Source of the DNA: Pseudoalteromonas tetraodonis
Lineage (GTDB): Bacteria > Pseudomonadota > Gammaproteobacteria > Enterobacterales > Alteromonadaceae
Reading direction: 5' to 3'
NCBI RefSeq assembly: GCF_002310835.1
Contig: NZ_CP011041.1
Location: forward strand, 1,980,001-2,012,000
Length of the DNA stretch: 32,000 nt
The position numbers and the translations under genes are program-made. The notes below the pieces were generated by a model. It did not search any database. It saw only the letters and a program-made list of their open reading frames with translations, and was not told the DNA's origin. Shown here piece by piece: positions 18,189 through 27,042 of this stretch; the first letter of the stretch is position 1; each line of letters begins with the position of its first letter.

Positions 18189-19445
18189 ATGATTAAAGAC
18201 ACTAGCGGGCAAGACACGCAAATCTCACGACCTATAAATTTTAAAAAAAACATATGGCTGTTTATATTTACTGTGGGCTTAGTTGCTCTATGTGTATATG
18301 CATTATTAAATACTGATCAAGAAGGTACTATCTCGGTTGATAGAGTAAGCCTACAAATAGCCACAGTGGTGCGCCAATCACTAATACGTGATGTTGCAGC
18401 CAGCGGTAAAATTGTAGCCGCCAGAGCACCAAAAGTTTACAGCCCTGAACGAGGCTTTGTTTCATTGAAGGTAAATGCTGGTGACTCAGTCAAACTGAAT
18501 GATGTAATAGCCATGGTTGAGAGCCCCGAGCTCACAAACGAATTAAAGCAGCAACAGTCTGTTTTAGCTCGTCTTGAGGGCGAGCTACAACGTAAACACC
18601 TTGAGGCACGCCGCCAATCATTAAGCTTAAATAAAGCGCTTGATCTAGCACAAGTAGAATTAAACGCTGCCGATAGAGAAAATCGCAGAGCGACTTTGTC
18701 AATGCAAAAAAATGTGATCAGTCAAATTGATCATGAAAAAGCCATTGATGAGCTTGCCCGTGCAAAACTTTCTTATAAACATGCAGAGCAAGAAGTTGAA
18801 TTGTCCAAAGATACACTTGCTTTTGAACTACAGGCCGCTAAACGAGATGTCACTCGTCAACAACTGATTGTCGATGATCTACTTCGCAAAGTTAATAACT
18901 TAACAATTAAAGCCACTGTGTCAGGGATTGTAGGTAACTTACTAGTTCAACAAAGAGAAGCGGTAACACAAAGCCAACCACTAATGACTTTAGTTGATTT
19001 GAGCAATTTTGAAGCAGAACTACAAGTCCCTGAAAGTTATGCAAATGACCTTGGTTTAGGTATGGACGTAGAGATAACAATGGGCGCTAGCAAAGTGATG
19101 GGTACCCTTTCTGCCATTTCACCAGAAGTCAATAATAGAGAAGTCACAACACGTGTACGTTTTAACAAAGACATGACGGGCATCAGACAAAACCAACGAT
19201 TAACCGCACGTATTTTATTAGAAAATCGTGACGATGTTTTACAGGTTAAGCGTGGGGCATTTTTACAACAAGGCGGCACACAGGTTTATAAAATTACCGG
19301 TGATACAGCTCAGCTCATTGATATTTCAATTGGTGCAACCAGCATTAATGCGGTTGAGTTAATTTCAGGGGTTCAAGCTGGCGATGAATTGATTATCTCA
19401 AGCTATAACAGTTTCAAACACACACACACGTTATTACTTCGCTAA
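18189..19445 (+). CDS. HlyD/MacA-family periplasmic adaptor (membrane fusion protein)
   Basis: It has an N-terminal TM anchor (IWLFIFTVGLVALCVYALL), then a biotinyl-lipoyl-like segment (VNAGDSVKLNDVIAMVESPEL). These are followed by a long coiled-coil hairpin and beta-barrel segments. I chose the start at ATG 18189 because the ORF-track TTG at 18159 overlaps the micro-ORF. Confidence 0.85.
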   Translation: MIKDTSGQDTQISRPINFKKNIWLFIFTVGLVALCVYALLNTDQEGTISVDRVSLQIATVVRQSLIRDVAASGKIVAARAPKVYSPERGFVSLKVNAGDSVKLNDVIAMVESPELTNELKQQQSVLARLEGELQRKHLEARRQSLSLNKALDLAQVELNAADRENRRATLSMQKNVISQIDHEKAIDELARAKLSYKHAEQEVELSKDTLAFELQAAKRDVTRQQLIVDDLLRKVNNLTIKATVSGIVGNLLVQQREAVTQSQPLMTLVDLSNFEAELQVPESYANDLGLGMDVEITMGASKVMGTLSAISPEVNNREVTTRVRFNKDMTGIRQNQRLTARILLENRDDVLQVKRGAFLQQGGTQVYKITGDTAQLIDISIGATSINAVELISGVQAGDELIISSYNSFKHTHTLLLR

Positions 19446-19480
19446 CAATCGCGTAGAACCAAATAATAAAAGGAAAAAGC

Positions 19481-20191
19481 ATGTTAAAGATGAATAATAT
19501 AAGTAAAGTATATCAAACTGAAATGGTGCAAACCCATGCATTACGTGACTTTAATCTGCACGTTGATGAAGGCGAATTTATTGCTGTAACAGGCCCTAGC
19601 GGGTCAGGAAAAACGACCTTTTTAAATATCGCTGGAATGTTAGAGCCCTTCTCCGCAGGTGAATACTTACTTGATGGAATTGATGTCGGTAAGTTAAACG
19701 ATAATCAACGTGCAGATTGTCGAAATCAAAAAATAGGCTTTATCTTCCAAGGGTTTAATTTAATACCTGACTTAAACTTATATGAAAATATTGAAGTACC
19801 GCTACGTTATAGGGGTATTAAAGCCGCAGAGCGTAAACGTCGCATTGAAAAATGCTTAGAACAAGTTGGCCTTGCCTCTCGGGCAAAACATTTGCCACAG
19901 CAACTCTCTGGCGGACAGCAACAACGAGTGGCCATAGCACGGGCGCTTGCTGGCGAGCCACGATTTTTATTAGCCGATGAACCTACCGGTAATCTCGACA
20001 GCCTTATGGCTCGTCAAGTAATGGAGCTGCTTGAACAAATCAATCGCGATGGCGCAACCATTGTCATGGTCACCCATGATGCAGAACTTGCTCGGCGTGC
20101 CCCTCGAAATATTCAAGTTGTAGACGGTCAACTTGCTGATTTCACCTTGTACCAAGGTGCACAAAACCTTAAAAATGTTGCTGGAGCCTAA
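19481..20191 (+). CDS. ABC transporter ATP-binding protein, MacB/LolD-type (stand-alone NBD)
   Basis: It has Walker A (GPSGSGKTT), a Q-loop region ([19 protein letters not shown]), the signature [15 protein letters not shown], Walker B ([11 protein letters not shown]) and an H-loop (VTHD). An AGGA lies 6 nt upstream of the ATG. Confidence 0.92.
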   Translation: MLKMNNISKVYQTEMVQTHALRDFNLHVDEGEFIAVTGPSGSGKTTFLNIAGMLEPFSAGEYLLDGIDVGKLNDNQRADCRNQKIGFIFQGFNLIPDLNLYENIEVPLRYRGIKAAERKRRIEKCLEQVGLASRAKHLPQQLSGGQQQRVAIARALAGEPRFLLADEPTGNLDSLMARQVMELLEQINRDGATIVMVTHDAELARRAPRNIQVVDGQLADFTLYQGAQNLKNVAGA

Positions 20192-20194
20192 GCC

Positions 20195-21508
20195 ATGCTT
20201 CTACATTACCTCGATTTAAGTTGGCGCAGCTTCAAGCGCACACCGTTAGTAAGCTTTTTAATGGTACTGGCGATTGCCATTGGTATTGGCATCACTATGA
20301 CGAGTTTAAGCGTTTATCACATGATGTCAGCGGATCCCATTGCGCATAAAAGTAGCCAGCTCTATGCTGTGCAGTTGCAAGTAATGGATGATGGCCACAC
20401 TTGGTGGACGTCTGATAACCTCCCGCTACAACTAACTTATCAAGATGCTGCAAACCTATATAAATCAGAGATAGGTGGCCAGCGTTTAAAAATGGTGCGC
20501 AGTGGATTCTCTGTTTACATAGACTCTGACACAGTAAAACCTTTTAGCCAAAGTGCGAGACTAACAACCCCAGAATTTTTTAATATGTTTGATCTTGAGT
20601 TTCTCTATGGTGAAAAATGGTCTCTGCAGCAAGAAGAAAACGCGACCCCCGTTGTTGTGATCAGTGAAGAGTTAAATAATAAGCTTTTTGCTGGCGAAAA
20701 TTCAGTGGGTAAAATTATTTACCTTGATGATGCGAGTTATGAAGTGGTTGGGGTTACTAGAAACTGGCCATTAACCATCAAATACTACGATTTAAATAAT
20801 GGTTCATTTAATGACCCTGAACAACTTTTTATGCCATTTAGTCTTCTTGAAGCAAAACAGCTTGGTAATTGGGGGAATACCAATGGTTGGAAACATGAGG
20901 ATGTTAGAAGCTTTAGTGCCAAGTTACAGTCAGAAATGGTGTGGATTCAATTCTGGGTTGAATTAACTAACGAACAACAAAAAAATGATTATGAAAATTA
21001 TTTATTAGCCTACATGCAAGAGCAACAAAAGCTTGGTCGTTTTAATCGCAAAGAGTTAGCTTACAGTATTCGAGATGTTAACCAGTGGATGGCCTATAAC
21101 AACGTGGTCAGTGAAGATAACAAAATTTTAGTCGCACTTAGTTTTATGTTTTTGGCTGTATGTTTGGCGAATATTCTCGGCTTATTACTTGCAAAATTTT
21201 TACGTCGAGCTCCAGAAGTCGGTGTACGCCGTGCACTTGGAGCCAGTAAGCGACAGATTTTTATGCAACATATTATCGAAGTCGCCATGCTAGGACTATT
21301 AGGTGGGCTACTTGGTATTGTCCTTGCCCAGTTTGGCTTATTGGGTGTTCGCCAAAGCTATAGCTACTACGAAAGCTTAGCGACCATGGATTTAACCATG
21401 TTATTGAGCGCCCCACTCATTGCAATTAGCACCTGCATAATAGCTGGGCTTTACCCTGCTTGGCTGGTATGTAAAACCAATCCTGCAATTTACCTAAAAA
21501 GCCAATAA
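20195..21508 (+). CDS. FtsX/MacB-type ABC permease with large periplasmic domain (paralog 1)
   Basis: The 437-aa ORF has TM1, a periplasmic domain of about 270 aa (MacB_PCD-like), and then three C-terminal TM segments with the GVRRALGASKRQIF amphipathic motif typical of FtsX-family permeases. Its start lies 3 nt after the ATPase stop. Confidence 0.85.
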   Translation: MLLHYLDLSWRSFKRTPLVSFLMVLAIAIGIGITMTSLSVYHMMSADPIAHKSSQLYAVQLQVMDDGHTWWTSDNLPLQLTYQDAANLYKSEIGGQRLKMVRSGFSVYIDSDTVKPFSQSARLTTPEFFNMFDLEFLYGEKWSLQQEENATPVVVISEELNNKLFAGENSVGKIIYLDDASYEVVGVTRNWPLTIKYYDLNNGSFNDPEQLFMPFSLLEAKQLGNWGNTNGWKHEDVRSFSAKLQSEMVWIQFWVELTNEQQKNDYENYLLAYMQEQQKLGRFNRKELAYSIRDVNQWMAYNNVVSEDNKILVALSFMFLAVCLANILGLLLAKFLRRAPEVGVRRALGASKRQIFMQHIIEVAMLGLLGGLLGIVLAQFGLLGVRQSYSYYESLATMDLTMLLSAPLIAISTCIIAGLYPAWLVCKTNPAIYLKSQ

Positions 21509-21519
21509 GGACGAACACT

Positions 21520-22728
21520 ATGATGTTAGAAATTAAACCTATTTTCCATGCACTGTGTCGATCTAAAGTTGGTGCGCTGTTGTTACTTATCCAAATAGCT
21601 ATTACTACTGCTATTGTCAGTAACGCAGCGTTTATTATTCAAGATAGAATGACTTATCTTAATCAGGATACAGGATACCCCGAAGATGAAATACTTGCTT
21701 TTCATGTCATGCACTTTGGCAAAGATGTCAAAAGCCACCAACAATTTGAACTTGATGAAGCGATGTTAAGAGCTTTACCCGCAGTGAAAGACGCCGCCTA
21801 TATAAACAACATCCCCTTATCGGGAAGTGGTAGCTCTTCTGACTTCAGTATAAATTCAGCCCCTGAGCCTGGGCTTTCTGCAAGAACTGCTTACTTTTTT
21901 ACAGATGATCATGCAATTAACACGCTTGGGGTTGAACTTATTGCTGGACGCAATTTTAGAGAAGACGAAGTTGTTGTAACTAACGATAATGATCAGCGAG
22001 CCAATGTTACCATTGTGACACAGGCATTATTAAATGAGCTATTTCCTGATGAAGATGGATTAGGAAAAACAATATTCCTTGGTGATATTCCAATGAAAGT
22101 CATTGGTGTAATTAAGCATGCAAAAGGCCCATGGCTCAAAGACAGCCGCCCAAATAATGTCGCATTAATTCCTTATATAAATCCTAATATTTCGGGGAAT
22201 TTTTTAGTTCGCACAGCAGCCAATGAGCGGGCAAATATTGCTAAACGAATTGAAGACGAGATGCTAGAAAATTACAACAAACGTGTAATTATCCGAGTTC
22301 GGGGCCTTGACCAAGATAAAGCCCAATACATGGCTGAAGACACATTGATGATGCGTATGTTAATTGTGCTCATAACCATACTGGTATTGGTAACCGCACT
22401 GGGCATTTTTGGTTTGACGCTATTTAATATAAACAAACGTACCAAGCAAATTGGAACCCGTCGTGCTTTAGGCGCTCGTAAATCTGCAATTGTTAATTAT
22501 TTTTTAGTTGAAAATGCGCTGATTTGCATTGCTGGCTTATTTTTAGGTGCTATTTCAGCACTTTTACTCGGTCAGTTATTAATGCAACATTTTTCAATAG
22601 CGGCATTACCATCAAGTTATATTGCTGTCACGGCAATCATGGTGTTCACAATGAGTCTTTTGGCTGTATTTGGCCCAGCTAAACGCGCGGCAAATATTTC
22701 GCCGAGTATCGCAACCCGAACCATATAG
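21520..22728 (+). CDS. FtsX/MacB-type ABC permease with large periplasmic domain (paralog 2)
   Basis: The 402-aa ORF has the same architecture as paralog 1. It carries the GTRRALGARKSAIV motif, and an AAGGA lies 8 nt upstream of the ATG. Confidence 0.85.
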   Translation: MMLEIKPIFHALCRSKVGALLLLIQIAITTAIVSNAAFIIQDRMTYLNQDTGYPEDEILAFHVMHFGKDVKSHQQFELDEAMLRALPAVKDAAYINNIPLSGSGSSSDFSINSAPEPGLSARTAYFFTDDHAINTLGVELIAGRNFREDEVVVTNDNDQRANVTIVTQALLNELFPDEDGLGKTIFLGDIPMKVIGVIKHAKGPWLKDSRPNNVALIPYINPNISGNFLVRTAANERANIAKRIEDEMLENYNKRVIIRVRGLDQDKAQYMAEDTLMMRMLIVLITILVLVTALGIFGLTLFNINKRTKQIGTRRALGARKSAIVNYFLVENALICIAGLFLGAISALLLGQLLMQHFSIAALPSSYIAVTAIMVFTMSLLAVFGPAKRAANISPSIATRTI

Positions 22729-22743
22729 CACAGCTCCCAACCT

Positions 22744-22776
22744 ATGCTACACTGGCTAAACGCGGTGTAGCATTTT
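22744..22776 (+). terminator. Hairpin between the permease and regulator genes (possible partial terminator, attenuator or processing site)
   Basis: A perfect 9-bp stem pairs atgctacac (22744-22752) with gtgtagcat (22765-22773) around a 12-nt loop. The following U tract is short (ttt). Confidence 0.35.
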
Positions 22777-22813
22777 CAATATTTAAATAATAATAAACAG
22801 CGATTAAATTAAC

Positions 22814-24142
22814 ATGGAAAAAATACTTATCGTTGATGATAATCCTGCAATTTTAGATGCTCTGTCATTATTGCTAGAGATTCACGACTATAAAGTGGTT
22901 ACTGCAAATAGCCCATTTGAAGCTATTCAAATTGTGCAATACCAGCGTATTGCACTTGTACTTCAAGATATGAACTTTAGTAACGACACAACTTCAGGAG
23001 AAGAGGGAAAGTTACTCTTTTATCAACTTAGAGAGCTAAATCCCCATCTGCCCATTATTCTGATCACTGCATGGACTGAGCTTGAAACAGCCGTTGAACT
23101 TGTCAAAGCCGGTGCGGCTGATTATTTACCAAAACCATGGGATGATGCCAAGCTTCTTACCTGTGTTAATAACCTAATTGAACTAGGAAAGACAAAAAAA
23201 CAAAATCAAACCTTATTGCGCCACCAGCAAGAGCGTGAGGCATCTATAGAAAATGCTAATTTAGTAGGTTTAATTTATCGCAGTACGGCCATGGAGCAAT
23301 TAGTTAAAATGGCATTACAAGTCGCCAAATCTGATGTCTCAGTATTAATAACAGGCCCAAATGGCAGTGGTAAAGAGCGCATAGCACAAATTATTCAAGC
23401 AAACTCACCTCGCCAAAATGCTGCGTTTATTACGGTCAATGCAGGTGCCCTTCCCCATCAACTAATAGAAGCAGAATTATTTGGTGCAGAAGCAGGTGCT
23501 TTTACAGGGATCACAAAACAAAGGATTGGTCGATTTGAAGCAGCTGACGGTGGCACATTATTTTTAGATGAAATAGGTAATCTCCCTTTATCAGGGCAAA
23601 TGAAGCTCCTACGGATTTTACAAACGGGAGAATTCGAGCGCTTAGGTTCAACCCAGACCCGAAAAGTTAATGTCCGTGTAATATCAGCGACCAATGAAAA
23701 CCTAACAGATGCAATCAGCAAAGGACAGTTTAGAGAAGACTTATACTACCGCTTAAATGTAATTGAACTTAACTTACCAAGTCTTAACCAACGACCGGAT
23801 GACATACTTCCTCTTATTCGTCATTTTTTAGAAGAACGTGAGCTGGATTTACAATGCGAAAACCTACTTTTAGCCCATTCATGGCCCGGTAATGTTCGTG
23901 AACTTGAAAATGCATGTAAACGAGTCAGTGTGCTTAAACCCAGCGGTGAGATAAGCATCGATGACTTTGGTTTAACTCCTATTACGCCTCAAACACTGAC
24001 TCAAAAAATAGAGCCTAACAAACAACAAATTGAGGATGCCATGCGTTTACATAAAGGGGTGATTGCCAAAGTAGCACGTGAGTTTGGCCTTAGCAGACAA
24101 GCACTCTACCGTCGCCTTGATAAGTTTGAGATTGCCTACTAA
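22814..24142 (+). CDS. Sigma-54-dependent response regulator (NtrC family: REC + AAA+ + Fis-type HTH)
   Basis: The receiver domain shows ILIVDDN...VLQDMNF...KPW. The AAA+ domain has Walker A (GPNGSGKE), the GAFTG sigma-54 contact loop, Walker B (LFLDEIG) and WPGNVRELEN. The C-terminal HTH is IAKVAREFGLSRQALYRRLDKF. Confidence 0.92.
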   Translation: MEKILIVDDNPAILDALSLLLEIHDYKVVTANSPFEAIQIVQYQRIALVLQDMNFSNDTTSGEEGKLLFYQLRELNPHLPIILITAWTELETAVELVKAGAADYLPKPWDDAKLLTCVNNLIELGKTKKQNQTLLRHQQEREASIENANLVGLIYRSTAMEQLVKMALQVAKSDVSVLITGPNGSGKERIAQIIQANSPRQNAAFITVNAGALPHQLIEAELFGAEAGAFTGITKQRIGRFEAADGGTLFLDEIGNLPLSGQMKLLRILQTGEFERLGSTQTRKVNVRVISATNENLTDAISKGQFREDLYYRLNVIELNLPSLNQRPDDILPLIRHFLEERELDLQCENLLLAHSWPGNVRELENACKRVSVLKPSGEISIDDFGLTPITPQTLTQKIEPNKQQIEDAMRLHKGVIAKVAREFGLSRQALYRRLDKFEIAY

Positions 24143-25446
24143 TGGTTAAATCAAGATACCGCTTTTCTTTAACGTCTAAAGTGATTTTAGTATGTGTATT
24201 TTCCTCTGCGATCCCTGTTTTTATCTGTTGCTGGCTGCTGGATGTTGACGGTATAAAAACAGCACTAAGTGTTATTTTTACAGCCACTCTGAGTAGCTTT
24301 TTAGCTCATCGACTCAGTGGTAAACTGGTTCAAGGTATTACTTCATTAGAAACTGGCTTATTAAATTTTAAGGATGGGGAACTATCAACTTTACTGGCCT
24401 ATAACCATAATGATGAATTAGGTCATTTGTGCCAGCTTTATAACCAAACTGCAAAGCAATTAAGACAAGAAAAACAATGGGTTTACCAACGAGAGTTAAT
24501 GCTTGATAAGGTATTACAAAACTCCCCTCAAGCTGTATTATTAGTTAATGATAATGATTTTATTGTTTATAGTAACCACAGTGCGAGAGATTTTTTTAAT
24601 GCAAGTACAGCCCTTGAAGGCGAAAAAATCTCACCATTATTGTCTAAAGCCCCACAGCAAATAATTAATGCCGTTAATAAAGGCGTAGATGGTTTATTTA
24701 TTCTTGATAAAACAGAACAAGAACCGCAAACATGGCATCTTTCAATGGGTCGCTTATTGCTTAACAACCAACACCATAGGTTGTTTGTTTTTAAACAATT
24801 GACCCGCGAATTGAGCCGCCAAGAAGTTGAAGTTTGGAAAAAGGTTATTAGGATCATTAGCCATGAACTCAATAACTCACTAGGGCCTATGTCATCCATG
24901 TTACATAGTGCACAACTGTTAACGCAAAAAGTGGATGAACCTCGTTTAAAGCGCGTTTTCACTACCATTGAAGAGCGAATAAAGCATTTAAACGAGTTCG
25001 TTCAAGGCTATGGTAGGTTTGCTAAACTTCCACCACCTAAAATAACAACGGTTGACTGGCATTCATTACTCGATCAATTACAAAGCCAATGGCAATTTAA
25101 TTTCGACCTTCAAAAAGACATCACTACAAAAGCCGATCAAACCCAAATAGAACAATTGCTCATTAACCTGTTGAAAAACGCACATGAATCAGAGTCGCTA
25201 GCGGAGCATATCAGCTTAAAAGTAACACAAGATAGCCTCGGCACTCATATTAATGTGAGCGATCAAGGAAAAGGTATGAGTGAAACAGTTATGGCCAGTG
25301 CGCTTATCCCTTTTTATTCTACCAAGGTGGCAGGAAGTGGATTAGGTTTGGCACTGTGTCGAGAAATTGTTGAAGCCCATCATGGGCAAATTAGCCTACA
25401 CAATCGGGACGTCGGCGGGATCAGTGTTTTTGTAAGTTTACCTTGA
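24142..25446 (+). CDS. Sensor histidine kinase (2 TM with minimal periplasmic loop, HAMP, PAS-like, HisKA, HATPase_c)
   Basis: Its ATG overlaps the regulator's TAA (taATGg), which suggests translational coupling. Hydrophobic segments at residues about 14-33 and 41-55 are separated by only DVDGIKT. It has an H-box (ISHELNNSLGPM), an N-box (LLINLLKNAHES), G1 (DQGKGM) and G2 (GSGLGLALC). Confidence 0.85.
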   Translation: MVKSRYRFSLTSKVILVCVFSSAIPVFICCWLLDVDGIKTALSVIFTATLSSFLAHRLSGKLVQGITSLETGLLNFKDGELSTLLAYNHNDELGHLCQLYNQTAKQLRQEKQWVYQRELMLDKVLQNSPQAVLLVNDNDFIVYSNHSARDFFNASTALEGEKISPLLSKAPQQIINAVNKGVDGLFILDKTEQEPQTWHLSMGRLLLNNQHHRLFVFKQLTRELSRQEVEVWKKVIRIISHELNNSLGPMSSMLHSAQLLTQKVDEPRLKRVFTTIEERIKHLNEFVQGYGRFAKLPPPKITTVDWHSLLDQLQSQWQFNFDLQKDITTKADQTQIEQLLINLLKNAHESESLAEHISLKVTQDSLGTHINVSDQGKGMSETVMASALIPFYSTKVAGSGLGLALCREIVEAHHGQISLHNRDVGGISVFVSLP

Positions 25447-25590
25447 GAGTTGTTTAACTTTAAGGCTGAAAACTCATCCAATTTAGAAATGATACAATCG
25501 CGTTCTGAAGTTTATGACCTAGTGAGCTAAGTAAAAACCGCGAAAAGCTGCCTACTCATTCGGTACTGTCATCGTATAAGCAACTATGAG
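25444..25590. repeat. Imperfect-palindromic intergenic repeat element, second terminus type, copy 4 of 4
   Basis: The left terminus tgagagttgtttaa (25444-25457) is identical to 8431-8444. The core 25507-25540 matches copy 1 at 30/34. The right end is ...aagcaactatgag (25590). The kinase TGA stop codon (25444-25446) is the first three bases of the repeat. Confidence 0.7.
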
Positions 25591-25608
25591 TAAATACTTT
25601 ATAGACAT

Positions 25609-25638
25609 AAAAAAAGCTGCAAATTGCAGCTTTTTTTT
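25609..25638. terminator. Bidirectional intrinsic terminator (kinase gene / grxD)
   Basis: The sequence aaaaaaaGCTGCAaatTGCAGCtttttttt has a stem flanked by a 7-nt A-run and an 8-nt T-run. Confidence 0.75.
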
Positions 25639-25648
25639 ACCTAAACGC

Positions 25649-25987
25649 TTATTCAGCGTCTGCAGGTTTATGCTTTGCAGCTGTTTCAGTGATCAGTGGT
25701 TGTAATTCACCACGTTGAAACATTTCAATGATAATGTCACAGCCACCAATTAACTCGCCTTCAACCCAAAGTTGCGGGAAGGTAGGCCAGTTAGCGTAAG
25801 CAGGAAGCTCTGCACGAATGTCTGGATTAAGTAAAATATCCACATATGCAAACGGTTCACCGCACGACATTAATGCTTGTGATGCTTGTGAAGAAAAACC
25901 ACAATTAGGCAGTTTTGGTGATCCTTTCATGTATAAGATGATTGGGTTTTCAGCAATTTGCTGTTTAATTTTATCGATGGTTTCCAT
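25649..25987 (-). CDS. grxD: Monothiol glutaredoxin (Grx4 family)
   Basis: The 112-aa ORF has the CGFS active site (PKLPNCGFSSQA) plus the WPTFPQLWVEGELIGGCDI motif. Confidence 0.92.
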   Translation of the reverse strand: METIDKIKQQIAENPIILYMKGSPKLPNCGFSSQASQALMSCGEPFAYVDILLNPDIRAELPAYANWPTFPQLWVEGELIGGCDIIIEMFQRGELQPLITETAAKHKPADAE

Positions 25988-26251
25988 TTACAACCTCAAA
26001 ATGACGATAGCGAACACATTAGGCCTTGAAAAAGTTTCACTGTGGCCTCAGATATATAGATTAACATAGGCAATTAAAGCCTCAATCTTAAATAGCTTTA
26101 GCAAGAGCATTGCTGTTTGCTAAAACTTGAGTAAAATACTCAACAATTATAGTAACACTATATTCCTGTTTGGTATAGATAAGTGCCCTGTTTGCGCAGG
26201 CATTACGTATTACTAAATAGACTATCAACCAAAAGAAGATGGAGATAAAAA

Positions 26252-26833
26252 ATGGCATTTGAACTACCGTCACTACCGTATGCAATTGATGCACTTGAGC
26301 CACATATTTCACAAGAAACGTTAGAGTTTCACCATGGTAAACACCACAACACTTATGTGACTAAACTTAACGGTTTAATCCCAGGCACTGAGTTTGAAGG
26401 TAAATCACTTGAAGAGATCGTATGTTCTTCAGAAGGCGGTGTATTTAACAACGCAGCTCAAATCTGGAACCACACTTTCTACTGGAACAGCCTATCTCCA
26501 AATGGCGGTGGCGCTCCAACAGGTGCAATTGCTGATGCAATTAACGCTAAATGGGGCTCATTTGACGCATTTAAAGACGCGTTAAACGACAAAGCAGTAA
26601 ATAACTTTGGTTCAAGCTGGACGTGGTTAGTTAAACTAGCTGATGGTTCACTAGACATCGTTAATACATCTAACGCTGCAACACCATTAACAGATGCAGG
26701 TGTTACACCAATCCTAACCGTGGATTTATGGGAACACGCATACTACATTGATTACCGTAACGTGCGTCCAGATTACCTTAAAGGTTTCTGGTCACTCGTT
26801 AACTGGGAATTCGCGAACGCTAACTTCGCATAA
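26252..26833 (+). CDS. sodB: Iron superoxide dismutase
   Basis: [20 protein letters not shown]...FHHGKHH...[11 protein letters not shown]...[13 protein letters not shown] is nearly collinear with E. coli SodB. From my recollection it also matches the Pseudoalteromonas Fe-SOD. Confidence 0.97.
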   Translation: MAFELPSLPYAIDALEPHISQETLEFHHGKHHNTYVTKLNGLIPGTEFEGKSLEEIVCSSEGGVFNNAAQIWNHTFYWNSLSPNGGGAPTGAIADAINAKWGSFDAFKDALNDKAVNNFGSSWTWLVKLADGSLDIVNTSNAATPLTDAGVTPILTVDLWEHAYYIDYRNVRPDYLKGFWSLVNWEFANANFA

Positions 26834-26856
26834 TTAGTTTTAAACTAATCTTTAAA

Positions 26857-26879
26857 AAGACGCTTAGGCGTCTTTTTTT
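26857..26879 (+). terminator. Intrinsic terminator of sodB
   Basis: The stem pairs aagacgc with gcgtctt around the loop ttag, and is followed by a T-run ending at 26879. Confidence 0.8.
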
Positions 26880-27042
26880 ATGTCCGCTACTTTATTTGAT
26901 TAGGGTTATACGTAGGTTGTTTTCTAAAAGTGCATCATGATCATTTTTCATATAAATTTTTAATTTTATTGCACAAAAATTTAAATTCGTGACTAGACTT
27001 TAAATAGTGAATACATTTTCCAAGTAGGTTTCGGAGGTCATT

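Noticed and set aside
26088-26312. A 74-aa minus-strand hydrophobic ORF overlapping the sodB start and promoter.
   Set aside because: It starts inside sodB coding sequence and spans the sodB 5' region. It is most likely a chance ORF in AT-rich DNA.
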